Assembly: GCA_051294375.1 (NCBI GenBank)
Contig: CM119264.1
Location: 3,876,247 to 3,940,246 of the forward strand
Length of the DNA stretch: 64,000 nt
Direction of reading: 5' to 3'
From: Paraspadella gotoi
Lineage: Eukaryota > Animalia > Chaetognatha
This document shows, piece by piece, positions 13,902-35,700 of the stretch. The position numbers were made by a program, and so were the translations under genes. Under the pieces are notes generated by a model. It was not told where the DNA came from. It did no database searches and saw only the letters and a program-made list of their open reading frames with translations. Within the stretch, counting starts at the first letter, position 1; each line of letters starts with the position of its first letter.

Positions 13902-16387
13902 ATGCGAAACGTCTCAGTCCTTTATTGCGTTGTCGGCCTTGGCGTTGTTGGCGCCACGCCAAGCCGACGCCACGCCGAAAATTAAGCGCCGAATCGCCGA
14001 AGCCGCGGCCAAAGTCCGCGGCGCCGCCGCGACGCCGCAGACGCCGCTTCCGGCGGATGCCCCTTCATCTCCGCCTCGGCCCGCCTTCAAGCGAACGATG
14101 CGACCGAACTTCGCGTCTCGCTCAACGCGCCGAGGCCAAGGAGGTGCTGGAGCGGGTGCTGGCGGCGCTGGACGATGCCGCGGCCGAGGAGATCCTCGCG
14201 GAAGCCTTCATCGACGACGCGGAGGCTCGATCCGCCAAAGAGATCGTCCGCGCGGAAGTGGCCCGACAGATCGAAGGCTGCACGAATACAGAAGAGGAAA
14301 TCGGAATGAGTAATGAAACTCCGTGCGGCAGCGAATTCGATACGAAGTTCTCGCGCGTCACCGGACACTGTCACAATCTGAAATACACGAAAAGGGGAAT
14401 GGCAGGCTCGCAGTTTGTTCGCCTGCTCAAGCCGCGATACGAGGACGGAGTCAATCAGGCCGTCGGTTGGTCGGGCGATAATTATCACGGGTTCGCGCTC
14501 CCTTCGCCGAGGAAAGTCTCGGTCAGCGCGGTAAGTCGAGACGGTGGAAGCGGGTGGGTAAGGTAAGGTTAGGTAAGGTTAGTTTAGTTTAGTTTAGTTT
14601 AGTTTAGTTTAGTTTAGTTTAGTGTAGTGTAGTGTAGTGTAGTGTAGTGTAGTGTAGTTTAGTTTAGTTTAGGTTAGTTTAGCATCGCAGGAGACTCAGC
14701 CTCACCTAAAGTGAAATCGGATCGGAGGAGTTTGGTTAGTTTGGTTAGGTTTTGTTAGGTTAGATTTGGTTAGGTTTGGTTTTGTTAGGTTTCGTTTGGT
14801 TAGGTTTGGTTAGGTCTGGTTAGGTTTAGATAGGTTTGGTGTGGCTAGGTTAGGTTAGGTTAGGTTTGATAAGGTTAGGTTAGGTTAGGTTTGGTTAGGT
14901 TTTATTAGGTTAGGTTATGTGCGGTGAGGTTTTTTTCACAATTTGGTCTGATGCTTGCACGGTCACAAGTTTATTTGTCACCTCAGATACCTGATATTGT
15001 ATTACTGTTGTACTTGTAGCTTAAAAAAGGCCAGTGAGTTTCATATAGACGCTCAAGAAAAATAATGATTTCAAGCAATATTGATTGTTCAAATTTTTTT
15101 AATACTACAACAAATTAACGCAAAAAGTGGCTAAATTAGAACATTAAATTCCTTAATCAGGTGGCGACGGATGACCCCGATCTGACCCGAAACACGAAAC
15201 ATTCCTGGATGAATATCCAATGGGGTCAGTTCCTCGATCATGACATGACCCTCACTCCCGAAGTGATAGATGGCAGTTGCGCTGACAACTGCGAAAACAA
15301 TGACGCCTGTTATCCGATTCAAAGGACGGACGAGGGAAAGAATAATTGTTATCACTTTGTACGTTCGGCCGCGACTTGCGGGGAGAACACCGTCAGGTTT
15401 GAATCGGTTTGAATGATTTGATTGATTGATAAAGTAAAACGATTTATTTTACTGCGACAATGTTAACAAATAATAGGGAAAAAAAAGTTGCATAAACAAT
15501 AAAAAGTTTTCCTTAACTATTATAACAAGTATGATACAAAATGTTACATAAACAATTCTTATAGTTTGAATGATCTCACGCCTGATGACTTTTTGCGCAT
15601 TTGGTAAGTGACCGATTCCCTATTCAGAGAACAATTCAACGACCTGACCAGCTACATCGACGGAGGAATGATATACGGAAATACGGAGACAAAGTTGACG
15701 CTGCTGCGCGATCAAGATGACAAGAGGCTGCTCAAGGTTTGGGAATTTAAAATATTTCATTACATGTCAGAATGGATTGCCTGGCTTATTGATAGGATGG
15801 GATTACAATGATTGATTGATCGATTGATTGATTTGATTTAGTTGGTTAAAAGAGACTTCGATTATTTAATTTATTTGAGCGGAGTCGAAAACGAAAGTTT
15901 TGTTACTTTTTACAACGATTTATTAACAGAGTATAACGGACATGTTTCGACTCTTGCTTTGCGAGTCTTCGTCAACGAATCCGCTAATTAATTACAACAA
16001 CGAAAAGAGTTAAAATTACATAATGTTAATTTATTTTGTATTGGGTAGACGAGAAGGTACTATGTAATTAGTGCTTTATAAATATATATAATTAGTCCTT
16101 TTTTAATTACCGCCCCTAACAATTTTTTGTTTTGAGTTAGGTTGGAAGATCGACGGAAATAGGAAAAAAATCTCTTCTACCCGATGACGAATTTTCATGC
16201 ACATCGACCGGGGGAGACGCAGCGGTGAGGGAAGGGGGGAAGAGAAGAGAAAACAAAATGCAAAAGAAAAAGAAGAGAAAGACGCTGAAAGTAAAAGAGA
16301 GAAAGAGGCGTAAACATCAAACATCAATCTGTATAACGCACCTGCTGTTGTAGTATGTACAAGAGAGAGAGAGAGAAGAGAGAGAGA

Positions 16388-16431
<44 letters not shown>

Positions 16432-18667
16432 AGAGAGAGGGGCGAAAAGAGGAGAAGAGAAAGGGTAGTAAATAGAAAGAAGAAAGAAAAAAAAGAAAAT
16501 ATGAAAGAATGAGAGAAAGAGAGACTGAGAGACTGAAAAAAAGAAAGAAAAAAAGAAAGAAAAAAAAAAGTCAGAAACAAATAAAGAAAGAGTAGAGTTA
16601 GAAAAAGTGAAAAACAACTCCCCCCCTCCCCAATTTTAAACCCTCACCAACTCCTCCAATCAGGCGCCTTGCATGATGGCGGGCGACGATCGTGCCAACA
16701 TCATTCCTTCTCTCCTTTCCCTCCACACGATCTTCCTCCGCGAACACAATCGAATCGCTCTTCAACTCTCGACTCTAAATCCAAATTGGGACGACGAGAC
16801 GATCTTTCAAACGACGAGGAAGATCGTCATCGCTCTCCTGCAACACATCACTTACAAGAATTGGTTGCCATGGTTACTCAAGGATCCCCCCGCGCCGCCG
16901 TCGACGGGATTCTCCAACTACGACGAGGAGGTGGACCCGAGTTTGTCCAACGAGTTCTCCACGGCCGCGTTCAGGTGGGATTTTAGATTTATTTATTTCG
17001 GATTTACTATTTGTGTTATAAACTTTCTTTTTTGTTGTGTAAATATATTAGGATTTACTATTTTAATAATTGACGGTTGATGAAAGTTGCTCATAAATAT
17101 TTTTACTACTTTTCAATTTGTAAATTTTAGCAATTTTTTTTGTGAAACTTTTTGCTTGGTTTTTTTATGTAAATGGACGTATTGGATTTTCACTTGATTT
17201 AGCTTTCTTTTTATTTTGTTTGTTTGTTTGTTTTATTCATTCCATTTTCTCAACTTTACTCACTTACCCTTCCGTCTCTCTACATCTGCCCCAACCCTCT
17301 CTCTTTTCTATCCTCCACCGTCCGCCCAGATGCGCCCACGGCACGATCTACTTCAAGAGCTACATGCTGGAGGCCGGCTTCGACGGTTCGATCAGAGGCC
17401 CCGGACGCAACCTCTCCAAGATCTTCTTCGCGACGGGATTGATCCACGAGACGATCGACCCTTTCCTCCGCGGCCTCATGGGCCGTCAATCCAAGACGCC
17501 CAACAACGAGTACATGGTCACGACGGAGTTGACCGAGGGTCTCTTCGGAAGCGAAGATTTGGCCGCGCGGAACATACAACGGGGACGCGATCACGGACTG
17601 CCCCCTTACACGGACTACCTCTTGGCGTACAAGTTCATTAATTCGCTGCCGGAAACGTTCGCCGATTTGAAGAACGTTATAACCAACGCGAAAGTGCTGG
17701 ACAAGCTGGAGACGCTCTACGGGCATCCGCAGAACATAGACCTTTGGGTCGGCGGACTGGCTGAGACGAGGCCGGCCGGGTTCGGAGCCGCGGGGCCGCT
17801 GTTCGATAAGATCATGACGGATCAGTTCAATCGGACGATGTATGGGGACCGGTTCTTTTACACGCACGAGGGCTGCTTCACGCCGCTGCAGTTGGCGGAG
17901 ATTAGGAAGGTAAGGTCAAGGGCGAGATTAAAATTTTGCAACTTGGGCTAAACTGGCAAGCGTTTTTTCCTTTTTTTAAATTAGTGAATAAGTTACATCC
18001 TACATTAAAAAAAAAACCCTAAATTTTGTAATTTATTATTTGAATTTCCCCTTTATTCTTTATTTCCTTCATTTATGAATTTTATTATATCTCAGTACCA
18101 TTTGCCTTCATCTGTATATTTCTTGATTTCTCTTCACTATTTCTCATTCTATCTCTCCGCTCTCTCCATCGCTATCCTTCTCTCTTCCCCCTCTATCCTT
18201 CCCTCCTCCCATCTCCCCCCCTCAGTCTTCCCTCGCCCGCATCATCTGCGACAACAACGACGGCGGCATCGAGAGCGTCCCGGCCAACGTCTTCCTCAAA
18301 TCCGATCCAGCGACGACCTTACTCGAGCTGCGCCGACGTTCCCGCCCTCGACTTGTCGGCCTGGGAGTCGAGCGGCGGCGCGCCGACCGACGCCAACCCG
18401 CCGACGATCAAGCCGCCAAAGGAAAGGCCCAAGAGGCCGAGGCCCAACTTTCCGGGTCACAACGGCGCCTTCGAAAAACCGGGGTGGCGGGGGTGGTCGT
18501 GGCGGAAGGGTGGCCCCGGTGGTCGCCACGGGGGTGGTCCAGGGGGAGAGGGTCGCGCCGGGGGAGTCCAGACCAGGGAGAGACCCGGAGAAGACCCGGC
18601 AGAAGACCGAGCGGGAGAGGAGGAAGAGGTGGATGAGAACCTCGGCGAGGATCCTTATTTTGATTGA
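13902..18667 (+). CDS. Animal heme peroxidase (peroxidase-cyclooxygenase superfamily), secreted, 7 coding exons
   Basis: Exons 13902-14530, 15161-15396, 15628-15736, 16141-16224, 16664-16974, 17330-17909, 18226-18667, all GT-AG with compatible phases. Motifs: SRVTGHCHNL, RLLKPRYEDG, LPSPRKVS, WGQFLDHDM (distal His), REQFNDLTSYIDGG, AGDDRAN, FLREHNRIA, EFSTAAFRCAH (proximal His), NIQRGRDHGLP, IDLWVGGLAE, GDRFFY, SLARIICDN. Three single-base frameshifts (~13907, ~14120, ~18320) must be corrected. AATAAA at 18770 and 18776. Confidence 0.93.
14553..14915 (+). repeat. Degenerate pentamer satellite (GTAAG/TTAGT/GTAGT/TTAGG) in peroxidase intron 1
   Basis: Directly visible arrays, interrupted by a ~50-nt unique island at 14681-14730. 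Confidence 0.9.
15937..15977 (-). ncRNA. Minimal type I hammerhead ribozyme-like motif (Penelope-like element type)
   Basis: Minus strand reads CG-TTGACGA-A-GACTC-gcaaagcaa-GAGTC-GAAA-CATGTC-CG: near-canonical core, perfect 5-bp stem II, GAAA, palindromic helix III (ACATGT) and a GUC cleavage triplet. Stem I is only ~2 bp and C3 is U. Confidence 0.6.
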
Positions 18668-18958
18668 GGAAATATTTGACTTAGGTTACGTTGTAATTTC
18701 GAAATTTTGTGATAATCAGCGAAAAGTATTAAAGAATACGACATTCGATTATATATCTCTGTGACTAAAAATAAAAATAAATTTCTGAATGAAATTTTCG
18801 CGATAGATCTAGGGAAAAAAAATGTGAATACTGAAAATTGTAATACTGATGTTCTGTTACCAAGTTATAAAATCGCAATAACCAAGTTTCAAAACTTCTT
18901 TCAATACTAAAAATGAAACCAAATTAAAAAAAAAAAAAAAAGAATTGCCTAATTGACA

Positions 18959-29262
<10,304 letters not shown>

Positions 29263-29716
29263 GACGACGGCAAGGAGTAACAATTTATATATTTTCGTTG
29301 AAGTTATATTCCTTTGATTTAGCTTAATTTCGTAGATTTTTACGATGTTTTATCGAAGCGCGCTTCTTCCGAAGTAATGAAAACATTAAGTTAAAAATTA
29401 ATAATTGTCGCATAAAAAGGGAGCGTGACCCGAGAGGCGGACGAGAGGTAAGAAAAGAAAGGAGAGATATTATCAATAAAAAAAGTTCAAAATGACTCAC
29501 GTTATCTTTTGTTTACGACTTTCGAATTGTTCCTTATCTTTTAACGATTTATTCTATTTATTCTATTTATTTTTTTTTTCATTTTTAGCGCCCAGATTTG
29601 AAAAATGTTTAGGTGCAGAATTCTGATTAGGGGGGGGGGAAATATTGATAGGAATGACAATAACTCAGATCGGCCGAATTGTGATTGCGAAAAGTAGTTT
29701 CGAGCTTTGTTTCGGA

Positions 29717-29778
<62 letters not shown>

Positions 29779-29979
29779 CTCCTAAAGGGATAGAGTGTGA
29801 ATTGCTCTAAAAACCAGACTGGACGAGAAGACAGTAAACAAAGTTGTTTGAATCCAATCATAATTAAATTATTCATAATTTTGGAAACACTAGTTTTTTT
29901 GTGTAAAAACGCGGAAATAAACTCTCCCTCATAATAGTCATATGTTTCTTTTTTTTTCTCTCTCTTTTCTTTTTCTTTT

Positions 29980-30300
29980 TTTTAGTTGCGCCTCGAGAAC
30001 TCGCGAAGAAACTCTGTAAGTCATTTTTTGGTCGGTCTGTCGGTCGGTCGGTGGTATGTCTGTTCGTCGGTCTGTCCCACTTACGGTAAAGATGCTCATA
30101 ACTCTCCTATAGTTAATTGCCCATTTGTTAGGACCGGCAAAAAACTCAAATCTAAGCGACTACTAGCGCCGCCTTTTGTTTTACAAAAAAAATCTCATAT
30201 AAACTGTATAAACTGTATAAAAAAAGACGTTTTTCAAATGCAGTACGTGTCGAAAATACAAGGAAATACACGGGATAACAAAGTCACTGCGGCGCAACAC
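29980..30300 (+). mobile_element. HINE-like family A copy (again at ~40200-40525 in the duplicated block)
   Basis: ttttagttgcgcc...gtcggtctgtcggtcggtcgg...gctcataactc...ctagcgccgcc...gcggcgcaacac; sub-terminal inverted repeats plus GTCG microsatellite. Confidence 0.65.
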
Positions 30301-30552
30301 AACAATTTCTCTTCTTGTTTCTCTTTTTTTCGTATTTTATTTTTGTCACTTTTCCCGTTTTTGCTCTCTTACCCTGCCACTAGGTTTAGAAAAGCAACAA
30401 TAAAAACAAAAACAACCAAACAACAATTTCAAAAATAACAACAACAACGACAGCAACAAAAACGGGAACAACCTCGTCAGGCATATTTTGTTTACTTGAC
30501 GATTCTCGGTGTTTTCGAAATGACGCAGCGAAGAGAGATCTCCTGTAGAATA

Positions 30553-30611
<59 letters not shown>

Positions 30612-31090
30612 CTTCGTTGCCCGCGTAAGGTTTTTTCATGTATTTTGTTTACTTCTGGAACGAAGTGAATGAGAAAGAAAAAAAAAACATTTTCTCCTTT
30701 TTCTGGATGTAAACAAAAAAGGGAAAACGTAAAATGCGAAAGAGCGATTCTTTAGAAATCTCCACCTAAGAAATTTTCTCACCACTTATTGCCTTTATTT
30801 CTTTCTGTCTGTCTCTTTCTATTTCTCCTTCTATTTCTCTTTTACAATTGTATTCTTTGCTTGGTTTCTTTGTTCTCGTTTCGTTTAGTATTCGTTCGAG
30901 GTAGAGAAGGCTTTAGGGTAAGCCTTCATCAGCGCAAAATGTATATATTACATATTATATATTATATATTATATATTACACTAAATCCGAAATATGTCCG
31001 AAATTTGTTTTTCAAAATAAAGTCGTTGTCTGTAAACCAAAAAAATTGTCCCTACCTGAAACAGAAAAAAAATTCCGGCCAAATTCCTCG

Positions 31091-31142
<52 letters not shown>

Positions 31143-31357
31143 AATATTAGAAATATAGAACATAGAGAAAGGAAAGAGAGGGAGAGAGAGAGAGTAGAAA
31201 GAGAGAGAGAGTGAGCCTGAGAAAAGGGTCTGTGCTCTCTGCGCTATTTTCATCAAGATGAATAAATCATGCTCTTTAATGGATTGTTGCAAATCGAACA
31301 GTTTTACGAGAGAGAGAGCGAGAGAGAGAGAATGATGAGAAGAGACGAGAGGAAGAC

Positions 31358-31493
<136 letters not shown>

Positions 31494-31698
31494 TGACGCC
31501 AGAATCTGGTTTGTTGTTCTGTCTATCGTTATTTCAATACGGAAATGATATTTTCCCTTACACAACCGTTTCTTCCTTTTTATTTTTCTCACGTGTCGAT
31601 ATATTTTTCACACTTAATTATTCATTTATTATTTATTATTTTTTTTTTTTTTCCTTGAAAATTTCGTTTAACTCCCATATGAAATCCGTGTACATTAA

Positions 31699-32299
31699 GC
31701 GTAGTGAAAGTAACATACGAAAATTTTAAAAGTCAATTATGTATAACATACCATCAGTGAACATTAATTTGTAAAAAAATTAATTTTATGTTTTTTTAAT
31801 TTTCGCAGTAGGCTATAATTATATATAGTACTATCCTTATAAATGGAAAATTTCAAAATAAGCTTTTCTTAATTTTGATTGCAGATTTGAATTCCTTGTC
31901 AAAAGTTGATAAAAGAAAATATATTCATTTTAAAAATTCTTTCATTAAGTGGGTTAAAAATTAAAAAAAACTATATTTAATAAATAAAAAGTTAATTTTT
32001 AGCTTAAAATATAGTTTTTTCTAATTTTTGACCCACTTAATGAAGGAATTTTTCAAAAAGAGTTATATTTCTTTTATATCAACTTTTTATGACGAATCAA
32101 ATCTGCACAAAAATTCAGAAGAAACTGTTTTGAAATTTTAACATTTATTGATTTAACAGTTATAAAAATATGGCTTACTGCATAAATTGTAAAATTTCTT
32201 ATAAATTTTTTTATTACATAAATGTTGATTAATATAATGTTGTTCGTTACTCACTTTTAGAATTTTAATTAAAGTTAAATTTAGAAATTTTACTATGCC
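31699..32299 (+). mobile_element. MITE family B copy
   Basis: ttaa-gcgtagtgaaag ... tttactatgcc-ttag; internal inverted repeat ttcattaagtgggttaaaaatt / aatttttgacccacttaatgaa. Confidence 0.8.
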
Positions 32300-32732
32300 T
32301 TAGTGTACATATTACGTATTCATTCCTTTATTATGCAGTACAACTGATTCTCAAATAATGTTTCGTCGATTTGTTTGGTTTACCTCGTTGAAAATTTCAA
32401 TTTATTTTAACAGTTAAAAAGTTTTTATTTATATTTTATGACACGGTACGTTACACAGGCCGGACTTAAAAGGAAGAAATGATTTTGCAATCATAATATG
32501 TATTTTAATGTACATACAATAATTCAAAAAAACGTAAATTTCTTTTACAAACTCTTATTGGAACTGAAACGACGTCATTTCGTTCGTCAAAAGTTTGAAG
32601 ATTATTTACGACGCGAGTCGTTGATTCCTGGAGGCGCAGTCAGGAGCAAACAAAGTTTAGAACCTTTGGCTCTCTCTCTCTCTCTCTCTCTCNNNNNNNN
32701 NNNNNNNNNNNNNNNNNCAAGCCGATAACTAG

Positions 32733-35700
32733 CTGGGGTATGGAGGAATGTTGGAAATTGTGAAGAGAATGAACGGTTTGACTACCGGGTGAAAGAGTAA
32801 TTGAGTTTTCAACTTAATACTTATTTACTAGTTAAATAAAAACAATTATGTTAACACTAAATGGCCTTTTTATTTACTTTTCATAGCTTTTTACTGAAGG
32901 TTATTAAAATTAAAATAAATTTGCAACAGGTAGCAGTCATACATACCAGAATTTGATAGAATACAATAAATAAACTCCCGAAAACTTTACCAAAACACAC
33001 CACAAAAATCAACTAAAATACAATAAAAAAAAAAAAAAAAACCACAAAAAAAACCACACAACAAAGAACACAGAAACGTAACAAACCAAAAAAAAAAACA
33101 GGACAAAAACAAACACAAAGACAATAATCAACTCACCCAAGACATGTCACGCCATCTCTCTCCCCATCACGCAGGCTCACCAACGCGATAATATCTTCGA
33201 CCTCGCCCCTCCTTGCCGACGACCAGAATTGAAGAACGATACTGGAGCTCGTCGCAAGAGTCCGGAGAGGTACGACGAGCGGACCGAGGACAGTCCACGG
33301 CTGTCGTTGAAGAACGTCTTCTGCTTCGAGGATGCGCCGGCCCAGTTATCGTTGTCACTCTGGCGTCGTAAGTGAACAGCGGAAGAAAGCCAGTAATTTC
33401 TTGACCGTAGGAGGGGGGTATTTGGGGGGTGTTGGGGGGGGAGGGGGGGGGTGGGGGGGGGGGGGGGGTTTTGGTTTGAGTTCGTGTAAAGAGGTCGGGG
33501 TGGCGTTGGTCCGGCTCCGATTGATCTTTCTGCTGAGAGTATTCGAGATCCATATGACTTGTGAGTTACATTTAACATGCCGGGGGTCTTTGGAAGAAGA
33601 GTCGCCTGGGGGGGGGAGTTGTTGAATTATCAGAAGAATTCCGGTAGTCACTTATTTTCTCTATGTTTCTTGGCGATAGATCTTCCGTTAGAAATTATTA
33701 TCTTTTTTAAGCAATTCTCTTCTTTGAGATTACATAGTATTTCTATTTAATAATCCAGTGTAAATTAAAAAATTCTAAAAAAAATAATTCGTATATTACT
33801 TCAAAACTTAATTAAAATTCGAATTGAAATTAAATTCGAATCTAAATTCATCAAATTCTCCCCGGGTCTACCCCCAATATAAAGATATCGCATTACTTAC
33901 CCTCCTATAGAAGCAGTCACCTCTGGGTCACATGTGGAAAGATCGGACTACGGTCATTCTGTCCTTCAGAGGGTGTCTCCCCTCTGCTGCCGGCGGATCT
34001 TTCTCGATATTCGCACACCCGGATTGAGCGCAGAAGAACTGGGCTTGCTCACCATGCTTCAGCTTCGTCCTCTCGGTTCCGAGGGAAGTCGAAACCTACG
34101 ATTCGCCTGTGAGCAGAACCGGGTAGTTGGAACTTTTTATTAGTCCAACTGGAACCCGACATCAGTTTGCACAACGTCCGATTCTTCTGAACCTTGGATA
34201 TTGAGTCTGGCGAAATATGTATATATTAGTTATTATTATATAGTCTTATAAGTTCTCTTTATTTTGATAGGTAGGTAAGGACAATTTGCCTGTTATTACA
34301 CTGCGTTTTGAATCTTAATTCGTTTTTTTATATTTATTTTCCGATTTAGTTTTATCTATTCATTTTAATTATTACAACGTTTTTTTTAATTATTATAGGC
34401 ACCAACTTTTTAAAAAAATCTTTGGCTTAGGACTTTTGACTGCTTTCATATGGTCCACAAAAAGTGTATCTTCTGAGCTGGACTAAAAGGATCACACCTT
34501 AGTGAAGGGCCTGCCGCAAGTGAGTTCTTTATTGTTTTGACGTTTGTCAAAAAGTTTCTCTTCATCAAATGTAATTCGTCATGCTCCGGTGCTAAATCTT
34601 CCTTTACCACATGACACCGCGAATTTAACATCCGAGATCACTGACGATCTGTAGATTAAGTATTTATAAAACAGAAAATAGAAAATAAAATAGATGTCAA
34701 ATTTATATATTTTTAAGATGTGAGGTTCACAATGCGAATGATTATGAGACAAGGTAGTCATTTAAACATTTAAACATTAAACGACTACAACTAGATAGAA
34801 AAAATTAAACAAGTCATTCATTCCGATGTGAGTTTAAAAACAAGCTCACCCATCCACCTTTGGTAAGTGATCGAATCAAATATCTGCCGTGACTTGGATC
34901 GCGGCGATCCACTCGGCGATGATGGGTGAGACGCATCGGTGGCTGTCCAACTCCATACAGCTCCGCTGCATGTCCCAGCGCCACGAAAACTGATCCATGA
35001 TGCGCCAGCCGGGTTCGGCGGCGTTGGTGCCGAGATACTCACAACGTAACTGGCGAAGGCCTTAGTTTAAACAAAGATCGTCCCACTGGGAATGAACGTG
35101 GGCCCAGACAGATAGGTAAGTCGTTGGTCAGAAAAAGAGATAAAGAGTAGTGCAAGACAAAGACAGGTTCTCTTTTTACGATCGGAGAGAATCTGCGGCG
35201 GTTCCATGTCCCGAGTCTGGCCTGCTGACTGAGCGCGAATCATTACTGTGAAGTGAAGGTCACTCACCTAGCGACAATAAAAGGCAAGGACTGACGAATA
35301 CATCGGAGGAGGAGCGAGGAAGTGTTTACAAGCCGGTGATCGTCCTCTAAAGCTGCTCGTTAACATCTCAGTAAAAATTGTAACAAAGATTCATATTATA
35401 TGTTCATATCTTATATTGTATAATTATGCATCTATCGAAGTCAAGTGAAAGAGATTCTACATCATTATTGTAGTTATTCTTATATATTTATTATTATTAT
35501 TATATTATTATATTCTAAAGATTGCCGGTGAGGTGAGCGGCTTATGTGGACAACATGATAACTTCCTGGTTCCACATCTGTGACTACCTTGACAATAATC
35601 TCATGTGGATGACTCATGATTTCGAACGACATGTGGGCACGCAAAGCTCGGTGGGCGAACACAGTGGGCCACCTCGCCGTTGTCTCCGACATTAGCCACG

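Noticed and set aside
14730-14915. True telomere or chromosome fusion site
   Set aside because: Short, degenerate, single orientation, and inside an intron of an intact gene.
17280-17867. 195-aa minus-strand ORF
   Set aside because: Antisense shadow of the GC-rich peroxidase exon 6.
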